From Chiloscyllium plagiosum (Eukaryota): a stretch of DNA of 56,357 nucleotides. The stretch covers positions 5,205,849 to 5,262,205 of the forward strand of contig NC_057753.1 of the NCBI RefSeq assembly GCF_004010195.1, in the 5' to 3' direction. Below are positions 40,681-52,334 of the stretch, one piece after another. Position numbers and translations under genes: made by a program. The notes beneath the pieces were generated by a model that saw nothing but the letters and a program-made list of their open reading frames with translations, was not told where the DNA came from and made no database searches. Every line of letters starts with the position of its first letter. Within the stretch, counting starts at the first letter, position 1.

Positions 40681-40932
40681 AGATTAGATTAGGCCCAACA
40701 AGTCCACACCGACCCTCCGAAGAGTAACCAACTTCCCTCTGGCTAATGCACCTAGCACTATGTGTAATTTAGTATGGCCAATCCACCTGACCTGCACATC
40801 TTTGGACTGTGGGAGGAAACCCACGCAGACACAGGGAGAATGTATAAACTCCACACAGTCACCCAAGGGTGGAATCGAACCTGGGTCCCTGGCGCTGTGA
40901 AGCTGCAGTGCTAACCACTGAGCCACCATGCT
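40681..40932 (-). mobile_element. HE1-like SINE
   Basis: tRNA-like head at 40932 and V-domain. Confidence 0.85.
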
Positions 40933-42189
40933 GCATCTATGGGGAGAGTGGCTGCGAACCAAGGAGTGATGAAGGATGTGGTCCTTGCTGAAGGCAGAGA
41001 GGGATAGGGAGAGGAAGATGTTCTGGGTGGTGGGGTCAAATTGGAGTAGGCAAAAGTGTTTGAGGATAATACATTGAATGTAGAGACTAGTGGGATGGAA
41101 AGTGAGGACAAGGGGGACCCTGTCTTTATCATGTTTGGAGGGGGCAGGTTTAGAGCAGTGGAGCAGGGAATGGAAGGGGTGTGGTGGAGGGCTGCCTGGA
41201 TAGCAGAGGGGGAAATGCACGTTGTTTAAAATAAGTGGACATCTCGGACTTTGGGAGTGGAATGTTTCCTCATCAGAGCAGATATGATTGATTTGGAGGA
41301 TTTGGGAAAAACGAGATGGCGTGTTTGCAGGATTTGGGGTGGGAGGAGGTGTAGTCCAGATAGTTATGGGGAGTCTGTGGCTTTATTGTAAATGTCAGTC
41401 CGCAAACTGTCACCAGAGATGGAAAAGGAGAGGTCAAAACAAGGGGAGGGAGGTGTCCAACATAGACCTGGTGAATTTGAGGGCAGGTTGGAAGTTGTTG
41501 GCGAACTGAATGAACTGCTCCATTCAGGGTGGATGCAGGATGCAGCACTGATGCAGTCATCGATGAAATGGCAGAAGACCTGGGGAACCATACTGTTCGA
41601 TGTAGCTGACAAAGGACTGTTCGATGTAGCTGACAAAGGAGTAGGCATTAGGTAGGACCCATGCAAGTGCTCATGGCCACTCCCTGGATTTGGAGGAAAT
41701 GGGAAGAGTTGAACAAAAAGTTTTTGAGGGTAAGGACTAATTCAGCGAAGCGAAGGTGGGTATTGATGGAGAGGAGTGGGATGGGTCTGTTGGAGAGGAA
41801 GAAACTGAGGGCCTACAGGCAATCCTTGTGGGGACTGGACGTGTATAAGGACTGCACGTCCATAGTGAAGATGGAGTGCTGGGTTTGGGGCAGGGAAGAG
41901 ATGAGGGTGTGGGAAGTGCCTGGACCGAGGGGGAGAAAATGAAGTCAAGGTAGGAAGAAGTGAGTTCAGTGGGGCAGGGGCAAGTGGATATGATGGGTTG
42001 GCCAAGTTAGTTGGGCTCATTGGATCTTGGGGAGCAGGGAGAACCAGGCAGTGCAGGGCTGGGGGCTATGAGATTGGAGGCGGTGGAGGGGAGATCATTA
42101 GAGGTGCTGAAGTCACAGACTCTGTCGGCACTGGTGGCCTGATGGGTCATGGTGGGGTTGTGGTCAAGGGGGAGGTACAACGTGGCATA

Positions 42190-42770
42190 CCTTCCTGAGC
42201 AGTTCCACTTCTTGTGTTTACTTCCTCCCTCCTCCCTGTCAAAGGGAGTCCAGACACAGTTTCCAGATGAAGCAGCAATTTACCTGCACTTCAGTCAATC
42301 CAGCCTATTATATTTACTGCTGATATGTAGTGGCCGGTACGTTCTGGAGGCAAGTGCAGACTGGGTGACTGCTTTGCAGAACACCAATGTTCTGTCTGCC
42401 TATATGACCCTGAACTTCTGGTAGCCTCTATTGGGTATGCTGCAATGAAGCTCAGCTAAAACTGGAAGAAGGGCACCTCATCTTCCACTTGTAAACCCTG
42501 CAGCCTCTGGACTCAATATTGAGTTGAACGATGTTCAGGCTTGAGCCCCTTCTCTCGTGTCCTTATTCCAAACCCCACACCCCAAGCCGAGTCATCACGA
42601 GTTGTTACCTACCACAAACAACCCACTGTCACCTACTGACAGTACCCATCATTAAGTATTCATTCTGCCAGGCTGACCATCACTCGCCCTCTGTTGGATC
42701 TTCTCCCTCTCTGGGCCACATCATCTATCACTTACTCCTCCGTCACTCCGTCTTTAGTGTATACGCCAAC
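42190..42770 (+). mobile_element. Older PLE GIY-YIG and terminal-repeat fragment (remainder ~43150-43255)
   Basis: FQMKQQFTCTSVNPAYYIYC-like frame; opposite orientation to 38620-39050 PLE remnants. Confidence 0.6.
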
Positions 42771-42937
42771 CTTTTAAAAGGCATCTGGATGAGTATATGA
42801 ATAGGAAGGGTTTGGAGGTATATGGGCTGGGTGCTGGCAGGTGGGACTAGACTGGGTTGGGTTATCTGGTCAGCATGGACAAGTTGGACCGAGGGGTCTG
42901 TTTTCATCCTGTACATCTCTATGACTTTCCCAGGAAT

Positions 42938-43135
42938 CGGTTTAGCTCAGTTGGCTGGATTGCTGGTTTACCAACCAGTATGATGCCAGCAGTGCAGGTT
43001 CAATTCCCATCACTGATTTGAGATTACCATGAAAGACTCTCCTCAACTTCTTCCCTTGCCTGAGGTCTGGTGGCAGTCAGGTTAAACTATCACCATTTGC
43101 TTCTTTCTAATGACAGAGAAGCCCTCTATGGTGAC
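42938..43135 (+). mobile_element. Second-family tRNA-derived SINE
   Basis: tagctcagttgg A box, ggttcaattcc B box; homologous to 1700-1895. Confidence 0.65.
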
Positions 43136-43334
43136 ACAAGAACCTTTTTCCACCTGCAGTCAGTTCTGAAGGGTCATCACACTGGGAACGATTAATGTGC
43201 TTTCTCTCAACAGAGGCTGCCAGACCTGCTGAATTTTTCCAACACTTCGTTTTTGCTGCCCTTCTAACCCGTTGGTTAAAGCAATTTCCAGTTGCAAGAT
43301 CTGCAGTTTCTAATTGGGGTCTTGGGGATGGGGA

Positions 43335-43690
43335 GCATGTTCCTGTCTCAAGGTTCCGCCCTTTGTCCCTTTAAATCCCACCCTCGGTCCTTCCAGCTCC
43401 AGCGCCGGCGATGCGCATGCTTCGCTCCGCGGTCCAGTCCCGCCCCTTAGTTGACTCCGGTTGGTTGGAGGACCGGCTCTGCCGCACGGTCCTCCAGACC
43501 CGCCCCCTCCTTCGCTATTGGCCGGCCTCCTCCGTCAATCAACCCGCGCTTCTCTCCACCCCAATCCACACCCAACCCGGGCCCCGGCGGACATGCGCAG
43601 CACGTGTTTGCTCCCCGAACGGCTGTGCACATGCGCGGCGCCCATTTTAGCAGTTGCCTCAAAGTGGGGTCAGGGTCTTGTGTCCAGCTG
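43335..43690. promoter_or_regulatory. CpG-island promoter of unit C
   Basis: Paralogous to A and B; NRF1-like motifs, GC boxes, ATTGG and a YY1-like CCATTTT. Confidence 0.72.
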
Positions 43691-44096
43691 TAACCATTAG
43701 TCAGAATGGGTTGGAGATAATTATCCAATATTTTATTGGGATTTCACCCAGGAATGAGGGTGGGAGAGAGAAAGAGAGAGTGTGGGGGACGGGGAATTAT
43801 TATTTGGAGGGAACAAGAGAGGAAAATACACCACAGAAACTGGAATTGTCTGTTTAATGAATTCTCTGCCTCACTGACAGTGAACTGTTTGGTTATCTCC
43901 TGTCACAGGGACTAGAAGAGGAGGGTCACATCAAGGAAACCCAAAACAAAGCATCAGGTCAAGATCTGACAGAGTCACTCCATTCATCAGGAGCTGAAAA
44001 TCACTGCCCTCTGACTGTGGACAGAGAAATCTTCGTCTGTTTTGTCCTGAGGGGGAAGATTTCAAACTAATCCTCCCTTACAAAAACACTGGCACC

Positions 44097-44648
44097 ATGT
44101 AAACGTGTGGAGTGCGGTAAGGAATGAAGATTTCCATCCAGGCTGGAAGCTCATCGGCACAATCAGACTGGAGAGAAACCAATTATTTGCTCCACGTGTG
44201 AGAAATGATTTGCTTGTTCATGCAGTTTCAAGGTACACCAGAGACATCACACCGGGGAGAAGTGGTTCATCTGCACCACGTATGGTAAAAGGCTCATTAA
44301 TTTTTGCGATTTTTGTGAAAGTTCACACTGGGGAGAAACCATTCACCTGCTCTGAGTGTGGGAAGGTGTTTGCTCAGTCATCTGAATCACACCAGCAAAC
44401 CCTCACTGGGGAGAAACTGCAGAAAGGGTTTCACTCACTCATCCCACTTAGGTTCACACCAGAGAGTTCACACTCGACAAATACTCTTCCCGTGTCCTGA
44501 TTGCAGGAAGAGATCGTCAGTTATCCAACTGACATCAACATCAGGGAACTCACACTGGAGAAAAACCATTCACCTGCTCTGAGCGTGGGAACAAATTTGC
44601 TTAGTCTTCCAAATTGTATGAGCACCAGAGAACTCTCACTGAAAAAAA
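44097..44648 (+). pseudogene. Decayed 5' fingers of paralogue C
   Basis: Aligns to B from 25326 onward ([19 protein letters not shown]) but carries ATG-TAA, deletions and stops. Confidence 0.8.
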
Positions 44649-46865
44649 ATGTTCACCTGCTGTGACTGCGGGAAGGGATTCAGTCGGTCATCCACCTTAC
44701 GTGTTCACCAACGAATTCACACAGGAGAAAAACCATTCACCTGTCCTGAGTGTGGGAAGGGATTCACTCAGTTAACAAACTTAGAATCACACCTTAGAAC
44801 TCACACCGGAGAGAAACCGTTCCCCTGTCCTGAGTGTGGGAAGGGATTCGCTCGCCTCTCCAACTTACATCAACATCAGAGAATTCACACAGGAGAAAAA
44901 CCATTCACCTGTCCTGAGTGTGGGAAGGGATTCAGTCAGTTAACGAACTTAGAATCACACCATAGAACTCACACCGGAGAGAAACCGTTTCCCTGTCCTG
45001 AGTGTGGGAAGAGATTCACTCGCGTATGCAACTTACATCAACACCAGAGAATTCACACAGGAGAAAAACTATTCACTTGTCCTGAATGCGGGAAGGGATT
45101 CACTCAGTTAGCAAACTTAGAATCCCACCATAGAACTCACACTGGAGAGAAACCGTTCCCCTGTCCTGAGTGTGGGAAGAAATTCACTCGCGTATCCAAC
45201 TTACAGCAACACCACGAAGCATACCATAGAGAAATACGGTTCACGTGCTCTGATTGTGGGAAAGGATTCACTTATTCTTCCACGTTACGTCGGCATCAGA
45301 GAACTCACACTGGAGAGAAGCCGTTTGCCTGCTCTGAATGTGGAAAGGGATTCGCTCAGTTAACAGACTTGCACCAACATCAGGGAATTCACGCTGGTGA
45401 AAAACCATTCAACTGTCCTGACTGCGGGAAGGGATTCACTCAGTTCGCGAACTTAGAAGCACACCAGAGAACTCACACCGGAGAGAAACCGTTCCCCTGT
45501 CCTGAGTGTGGGAAGAGATTTATTCGGTTATCCACCTTACAGCAACACCAGGGAACACACAACAGAGAAATACGGATCGCCTGCTCTGACTGTGGGAAGG
45601 GGTTCACTTATTTATCCAGTTTACTTAGGCACCAGAGAACTCACACTGGAGAGAAACCATTCACGTGCTCCAACTGCGGGAAGGGATTCGCTCAGTTATC
45701 CCAATTACATCAACACCGGCGAACTCACACTGGGGAAAATCCGCTTCTCTGTCCGGAGTGTGGGAAGAGATTCACTCAATTATTCGACTTACGTCAACAC
45801 CAGAGAACCCACACGGGAGAAAAACCATTGGCCCGCTCTGAGCGTGGGAAGGGATTTGCTCATTCTTCCAAGTTACGTGAGCACCAGGGAACTCCGAGTG
45901 GAGAGAAACCGTTCACCTGCTCTGACTGCGGGAGGGGATTCACTTATTCTTCCACTTTATTGAGGCACCAGCGAACCCACACTGGGGAGAAGCCTTTCAC
46001 CTGTCCTGAGTGCATGAAGAGTTTTACTCAGTTAGCGAACTTACATTCACACCAGAGAACTCACACTGGAGAAAAACTGTTCCCCTGTCCTGAATGCGGG
46101 AAGCGATTCGTTACATTATCCAACTTACAACAACACCAGAGAACTCACACTGGGGAAAAGCCATTCACCTGCTCTGACTGTGGGAAGGGATTCGCTCAGT
46201 CATCTACCTTACGTGTACACCAACGAACTCACACGGGAGAAAAACCATTCACCTGCCCTGAATGTGGAAAGGGATTTGTTCGGTGTTCCAACTTGCATCA
46301 ACACCAAAGAACTCACGCTGGAGAGAAACCATTCACCTGCCCTGAATGTGGAAAGGGATTTGCTCAGTTATGCAACTTGCGTCAACACCAAAGAACTCAC
46401 ACGGGAGAAAAACCATTCACCTGTCCTGAATGTGGAAAGGGATTCACTCACTTATCCAACTTGCATCAGCATCAGAGGACTCACACTGGGGAGAAACCAT
46501 TCACCTGTCCTGAATGCGGAAGGGGATTCACTCAGTTAGTGAAATTAGAATCCCACCACAGAACTCACACCGGAGAGAAACCGTTCCCCTGCCCTGAATG
46601 CGGGAAGGGATTCAGTCAATTAGGGAACTTGCGTTCCCACCAGAGAACTCACACTGGAGAAAAGCCATTCACCTGCTCTGACTGCGGGAAGGGATTCACT
46701 CAGTCATCCAAGTTACGTGTACACCAGCGAACCCACACTGGAGACAAACCGTTCTCCTGCCCGGAGTGCAAGAAGAGTTTCGCTCAGTTACCTCACTTGC
46801 ATTCCCACCGGAGAACTCACGGTAAACTGCGCACTGTCAGGAAGGGGAGATCACATCCGGAGTGA
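44649..46865 (+). CDS. C2H2 zinc-finger protein, paralogue C (738 aa; 26 finger units, one lacking both Cys)
   Basis: 2.2-kb open frame of TGEKP-linked fingers with the same RSHPE* C-terminus as A. The start codon is uncertain because the ancestral ATG at 44097 is followed by TAA. Confidence 0.85.
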   Translation: MFTCCDCGKGFSRSSTLRVHQRIHTGEKPFTCPECGKGFTQLTNLESHLRTHTGEKPFPCPECGKGFARLSNLHQHQRIHTGEKPFTCPECGKGFSQLTNLESHHRTHTGEKPFPCPECGKRFTRVCNLHQHQRIHTGEKLFTCPECGKGFTQLANLESHHRTHTGEKPFPCPECGKKFTRVSNLQQHHEAYHREIRFTCSDCGKGFTYSSTLRRHQRTHTGEKPFACSECGKGFAQLTDLHQHQGIHAGEKPFNCPDCGKGFTQFANLEAHQRTHTGEKPFPCPECGKRFIRLSTLQQHQGTHNREIRIACSDCGKGFTYLSSLLRHQRTHTGEKPFTCSNCGKGFAQLSQLHQHRRTHTGENPLLCPECGKRFTQLFDLRQHQRTHTGEKPLARSERGKGFAHSSKLREHQGTPSGEKPFTCSDCGRGFTYSSTLLRHQRTHTGEKPFTCPECMKSFTQLANLHSHQRTHTGEKLFPCPECGKRFVTLSNLQQHQRTHTGEKPFTCSDCGKGFAQSSTLRVHQRTHTGEKPFTCPECGKGFVRCSNLHQHQRTHAGEKPFTCPECGKGFAQLCNLRQHQRTHTGEKPFTCPECGKGFTHLSNLHQHQRTHTGEKPFTCPECGRGFTQLVKLESHHRTHTGEKPFPCPECGKGFSQLGNLRSHQRTHTGEKPFTCSDCGKGFTQSSKLRVHQRTHTGDKPFSCPECKKSFAQLPHLHSHRRTHGKLRTVRKGRSHPE

Positions 46866-47010
46866 GAGAGAGAGAGCCTGAGTGAGTACACAGTTCGGGG
46901 AAATTTGTGGGCAATGTCGGAATGTGGTGCAGAGGGCCGGAGATGCTTTTTGCTTGTGTCTTGGCTCGTTGTTTGTAAGGTCTTTTTAAAATGATCGATT
47001 GAAGCCCAGA

Positions 47011-47560
47011 ATGACTTCCAGGCTGCAAATTAACAACTCTGCTAAAAGATGCATAAAAATGGCTTCTAATTCTGCTCTAGCTGCACAATTAACTAACCAT
47101 GTCTGCTTCGATAGAGATTAGCAGGCAATGCTCCCTTTACAGCGTAGAAATAACTAGATGAGGTCAGACATTACTGGCCAGCCTAACTGACCTTCAAATG
47201 CAGGTGCAATGGCTCGGTTAGTGAGATAAGGGTGGCCTGCGTGTTGCAAAACAAAGTTGGTTCCCAGGAAATATCACTGGACCAAGTAACGGTCAAATAA
47301 AGCGATATTGTAAATTGACTGGTAATTGACTGAATGTACTACACGATCATGGCCTGTACCTTGCTTTAAGAAAAGTATAAAGATGTCTTTGTTTGAAGCC
47401 ATGTGTGCAGCTCCTCCGAGGAATATGTATGTACACAACCAGTGTGTTTCTGGACGATCTATGCCTGGCCATATGAAGAAATAAAGAGTGAAGTCCTAAA
47501 GAACCAGACTGTTTGTGTGTGCTTTTTGACTGATCACGGAACAGAGGGAGCATAGATAAA
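47011..47560 (+). mobile_element. Candidate solo-LTR-like element
   Basis: Replaces the shared 3' UTR at ~47010; TATAAA 47376, AATAAA 47480, GT-rich downstream; ends and TSD not identified. Confidence 0.45.
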
Positions 47561-47599
47561 AATGGGGAAATCTGGTTGCTTTTTGTCTGTGTCTTTTGT

Positions 47600-47897
47600 T
47601 AGGAATGAGAACCTTTTTCCACGTATGGAGTCAGCTATTACGAGGGGGCATAGCTTTAAATTAAGGGGTGGTAGGTGTAGGACAAATGTTAGGGGTAGAT
47701 TCTTTACTCAGCGAGTCGTGAGTTCATGGAATGCCCTGCCAGTAGCAGTGGTGGACTCTCCCTCATTATGGGCATTTAAACGGGCATTGGATAGGCATAT
47801 GGAGGATAGTGGGCTAGTGTAGGTTAGGTGGGCTTGGATCGGCGCAACATCGAGGGCCAAAGGGCCTGTACTGCGCTGTATTCTTCTATGTTCTATG
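47600..47897 (+). mobile_element. CR1 LINE 3' end
   Basis: LFPRMESAITRGHSFKLRGG...; ttctatgttctatg tail. Confidence 0.9.
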
Positions 47898-48321
47898 AAT
47901 AGTAATTCCTGTCCTACATAAACCAAACGGTGTCAGATGTCTTTGTGATACCTGTAGCTCGGGGATGGTAAATTGAGGCACAGGTCAATTGGGAAGATTA
48001 TTGCAATAACACCAAGAAAAGGTCTCTGTGGACTATGGGATGTTTTTTGGAGTAGCTAGTGCTCGGGCCCATGAAGGAGCAGGCAATTCTGGATTTGGTG
48101 ATGGGTAGTGAAGCAGTCCTGATTAGGTAGCTGATTGATTGTGAACCAACCCCTCGGGGGGCGGGCTGTAACCATGCTATGATAGAGTTCATCCCACAGT
48201 TTGAGAGGGAGAAATTTGAATCAGATGTAAGAGTGTGAAAATTGAGGAGAGGTCACAATAAAGATCCGAGGGAGGAGCTGGCCAGAGTTGATAGGAATGG
48301 GAGCTGAGTGGAGAAGAGGGA

Positions 48322-48670
48322 GGTACGGTGGCACAGTGGTTAGCACTGCTGCCTCCCAGTGCCAAGGACCCAGGTTCGATTCCAGCCTCGGGGCGACTGT
48401 CTGTGTGGCGTTTGCACATTCTCCACGTGTCTGTGTGGGTTTCCTCCGGGTGCTCCGGTTTCCTCCCACAGTCCAAAGCTGTGCAGGTTAGGATGAAATG
48501 TCCGTGCTAAATTGCCCATAGTCCTCAGGGATGTGTAGGTTAGGTGCATTCGTCAGGGGGAAATATAGGATAACAGAGCAGGGGAATGGGTCTTGGTGGG
48601 TTACTCTTCGGAGGATGGGTGTTGACTTGTTTAGCTGAAGGGCCTGTTTCCACACTGTAGAGATTCTCAG
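48322..48670 (+). mobile_element. Full-length HE1-like SINE
   Basis: ggtggcacagtggttagc A box, ggttcgattcc B box, V-domain. Confidence 0.9.
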
Positions 48671-48942
48671 TTCTAGGGTGGAGTGGTAATGGCAGGATGA
48701 TCTGGGGTAACTCAGGACGCATAGCAGAAATTCATCCCAAGAGTCATGGAAGCTGAATTACCCACACGGTCAGATATGGGTCCGTAAGGTGATGAAAAGT
48801 TTGTGATGTTATTGCCATAATCCTCCCAATTGACCTATGCCTCAATTTACCGCCCCTGAGCTACAGGTATTACGAAGACATCTGACACCATTTGCTTTAT
48901 GTAAAGCAGGAATTACTATTTATTCCTAACAAAAAGCACCAG

Positions 48943-49197
48943 ATTCGATTCCAGCCACGGGGCGACTGTCTAAGTGGAGTTTGTACATTCTCCCCGTGTC
49001 TGCGTGGGTTTCCTCCGGGTGCTCCGGTTTCCTCCCACAGTCCAAAGATGTGCTGGTCAGGTGAATTGGCCGTGCTGGTTTGCCCATAGTGTTAAGTGCA
49101 TTAGTCAGAGGGAAACGGGTCCAGGTGGGTTACTCTTTGGAGGGTCGGTATGGACTTGTTTGACTGAAGGGCCTGTTTCCACACTGTAGAGATTCTC
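48943..49197 (+). mobile_element. HE1-like SINE, duplicate of 48374-48670
   Basis: Shares the downstream flank cagttctagggtg with the previous copy. Confidence 0.85.
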
Positions 49198-50253
49198 AGT
49201 TCTAGGGTGCAGCGGTAATGGCAGGATGATTGGGGTAATTCGGGACGCACAGCAGAAATTCATCCCAAGAGTCACGGAAGCTGAATTACCCACACGGTCA
49301 GATACAAAATGGAGAACTGTGGGTTCTCTGAACATTTGTGATGTTATTGCGATAATCCTCCCAATTGACCCGTGCCTCAATTTACTGCTCCCGAGCCTCA
49401 GATATTCCGAAGACACCGTTTGTTTTATGTAAAGCAGGAATTACTATTCATTCCAAACAAAAGGCCCCAGACAAAATTCTAGGAACGGTGATGATACAAA
49501 TTCTTAAAACCACAAACTAATAGTCTGGATTATTGGCCCAAGTTCCTTCTCCTCGCGCAAGGCGGTACATTAGCCTGACAGACAAGACAAAGGGTTGGCC
49601 GTGGATATTAGGTGTCAGGTTAAAGATAGAAAGAGAGAGAGGTGGTAAGCTAGCACGAGGGGACATAGCTTTAAATTGAGGGATGATAGATATTGGACAG
49701 ATGTCAGAGGTAGTTTCTTTACTCAGAGAGTAGTACGGGCATGGAATGCACTGCCTACAACAGGAGTAGGTTCACTAACTTTAAGGTAAAAGCAAGGAAT
49801 GTAGATGCTGGAAACCAGAGTCTAGATTAGAATGGTGCTGGAAAAGCACAGCAGGTGAGGCAGCATCCCAGGAGCAGGAAAAATCGACGTTTCGGGCAAA
49901 AGCCATTCATCAGGAATAGAGGCAGAGTGCCGGCAGAGTGGAGAGATAAATGAGAGGGGGGGGTGGGGCTGGGGAGAAGGTAGCTAAGAGTACAATAGGT
50001 GGATGGAGGTGGCGATGCAGGTGTTAGGTCAGAGAGGAGGATGGAGCGGATGGATGGGAAGGAGGATTGGCAGGTAGAACAGGTCATGAGGATGGTGCTG
50101 AGCTGGAAGGTTGGAACTGGGTAAAGTGGGGGAGGGGAAATGAGGAAACTGGTGAAGTCCACATTGATGCCCTGTGGTTGAAGTGTTCTGAGGCAAAAGA
50201 TGAGGCGTTCTTCCTCCAGGCGTCAGGTGGTGAGGGAGCGGCGGTGGAGGAGG

Positions 50254-50507
50254 NNNNNNNNNNNNNNNNNNNNNNNNNNNNNNNNNNNNNNNNNNNNNNN
50301 NNNNNNNNNNNNNNNNNNNNNNNNNNNNNNNNNNNNNNNNNNNNNNNNNNNNNNNNNNNNNNNNNNNNNNNNNNNNNNNNNNNNNNNNNNNNNNNNNNNN
50401 NNNNNNNNNNNNNNNNNNNNNNNNNNNNNNNNNNNNNNNNNNNNNNNNNNNNNNNNNNNNNNNNNNNNNNNNNNNNNNNNNNNNNNNNNNNNNNNNNNNN
50501 NNNNNNN
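50254..50507. other. Assembly gap (254 N)
   Basis: Run of n. Confidence 1.
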
Positions 50508-50670
50508 GATGGAGGTGATAGGTCAGAGAGGAGGGTGGGGGAAGGTAGCAAAGAGTACACTAGGTGGATGGGGATGGAGGTGATAGGTCAGAGAGGAGGG
50601 TGGGGGAAGGTAGCAAAGAGTACAATAGGTGAATGGGGGTGGGGATGGAGGCGATAGGTCAGAGAGGAGG
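50508..50670. repeat. ~65-71-bp tandem repeat of a PLE terminal-repeat segment
   Basis: gatggagg(t/c)gataggtcagagaggagg recurs at 50508, 50573 and 50644. Confidence 0.85.
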
Positions 50671-51172
50671 TTGGGAACTCTTTAGATACTGAGTGAACTG
50701 GTTGGCTCCTATCCCCCCCATCAGTCTCCTTTCTTTCCCCACCCACCCTTTCTACCCCAATTCTCCTTTCTCCCACTTGCTCTTCCTTTTCGGAAAGGAG
50801 GTGTGGGGGGAATTTAGAACACTACTGATCAGCTGTGCTTTTCCAGCATCACTCTAATCGAGACTCTTGCCAACTTTAAGGGCATTTGAATGGTCATTGG
50901 AAAGGCATATGGATGAGAATGGAATAGTGTCGGGTAGATGGGCTTCAGATTGGTTTCACAGGTCGGCGCAACATCGAGGGCTGAAGGGCCTGTACTGTGC
51001 TGTCATGTTCTGTGTTCTCTGAGCTGCGTGGCTGGATTCAGTGGATTTGAATCTGATGCTGATGCGACATCTGCCAAAGCCCACTGAGCAGCTCCATGAC
51101 AGCTTGGCGAGGAAAGTGCTGAAAGCTGTGAAAGAGTCACCGTGTTGGGTTGGGTGGTGACGGGGAACCCCG

Positions 51173-51805
51173 TTGATAGTGAAAAAGGCATTTGGTATGC
51201 TTTCCTTTATCGGTCAGAGTATTGAGTACAGGAGTTGGGAGGTCATGTTGCGGCTGTACAGGACATTGGTTAGGCCACTGTTGGAATACTGTGTGCGATT
51301 CTGGTCTCCTTCCTATCGGAAAGATGTTGTGAAACTTCAAAGGGTTCAGAAAAGATTTACAAGGATGTTGCCAGGGTTGGCGGATATGAGCTATAGGGAG
51401 AGGCTGAACATGCTGGGGCTGTTTTCCCTGGAGTGTCGGAGGCTGAGGGGTGACCTTATAGAGGTTTACAAAATTATGAGGGGCATGGATAGGATAAATA
51501 GACAAAGTCTTTTCCCTGGTGTTGGGGAGTTCAGAACTAGAGGGCATAAGTTTAGGGTGAGAGGGGAAAGATATAAAAGAGACCTAAGGGGCAACCTTTT
51601 CACACAATGAGCTGCCAGAAGAAGTGGTGGAGGCTGGTACAATTGCAGCATTTAGGAGGTATTTGGATGGGTATATGAATAGGAAGGGTTTGGAGGGATA
51701 TGGGCCGGGTCTGGCAGGTGGGACTAGATTGGGTTGGGATATCTGGTCGGCACGGACGGGTTGGACCGAAGGGTCTGTTTCCGTGCTGTACACCTCTATG
51801 ACTGA
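51173..51805 (+). mobile_element. CR1 LINE 3' end
   Basis: ORF 51173-51610 RPLLEYCVRFWSP. Confidence 0.92.
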
Positions 51806-52334
51806 TTGGGGTTGTTAAAACCCGGGCTGGTCAGGAAAGCCGGTCTCGGGTGAGCGTCGCTGGAGTTTCTTTGGGAAGTGTTGGACCCACGATAGCTGGG
51901 ACGATGATGAGCAAACCCCAAGGAGCCTGGGCGAGAACTGTAGCAGGAGATTGCTGGATTCGAAAGCCTGACGTGCAGGTCAACTTGGGGGAAGCAACGA
52001 CAATTGAAGGAGAAAGGAAAAGCAGCAGCGGCACCATGTAAGTGATTGCTTTTTCTGATTTTTGCACAAGCATTGCCTTCTCGCTACGTATTTCCTAAAG
52101 AAAAGGAAACTTTCGATACTGAGTGAACTATCCCCCCATCAGTGTCCTTTCTTTCCCCACCCAACCTTTCTACCCCAGTTCTCCTTTCTCCCACTTGCAC
52201 TTCCTTTTCGGAAAGGAGGTGCGGGGGGAAATTTAGAACACTACTGACCATCTGGGCTGGCTTAGTACGGTCTGGTGGCACTAAAGAGCCTGGATGTCTC
52301 CAGAGGAACCTGGAAAAGACCACAGGAAATCTTA

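Larger units (their letters stand above)
39787..42190 (-). mobile_element. Long degenerate Penelope-like element (RT, GIY-YIG, terminal repeat) with nested insertions at 40460-40932
   Basis: Reverse strand GVAMST.MGP, FCHFIDDC, TDIYNKATD.HNYLDYTSSHP (RT) and DRVPLVLTFHP; endonuclease at 40080-40445. Confidence 0.85.
49787..50867 (-). mobile_element. PLE 3' fragment with short inverted stub, spanning the gap, inserted in a CR1 3' end (49654-49786 and 50868-51018)
   Basis: Hammerhead motif ~49883-49912 (-); endonuclease C-terminus; TSD-like aactttaagg on both sides. Confidence 0.8.

Noticed and set aside
41592..41639. 24-bp tandem duplication in PLE RT
   Set aside because: Ordinary slippage in a dead element
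45172..46539. Alternative-frame ORFs (MGRDSL...) inside ZNF arrays
   Set aside because: Shadow frames of repetitive finger codons
48322..48400. tRNA gene
   Set aside because: A and B boxes are the head of an HE1-like SINE; no full cloverleaf
50067..50657. ORFs containing X runs
   Set aside because: Artefacts of translating through the N gap
52030..52042. ggcaccatgtaa identical to ZNF C start-stop at 44091
   Set aside because: 12-nt match with no flanking homology; treated as coincidence
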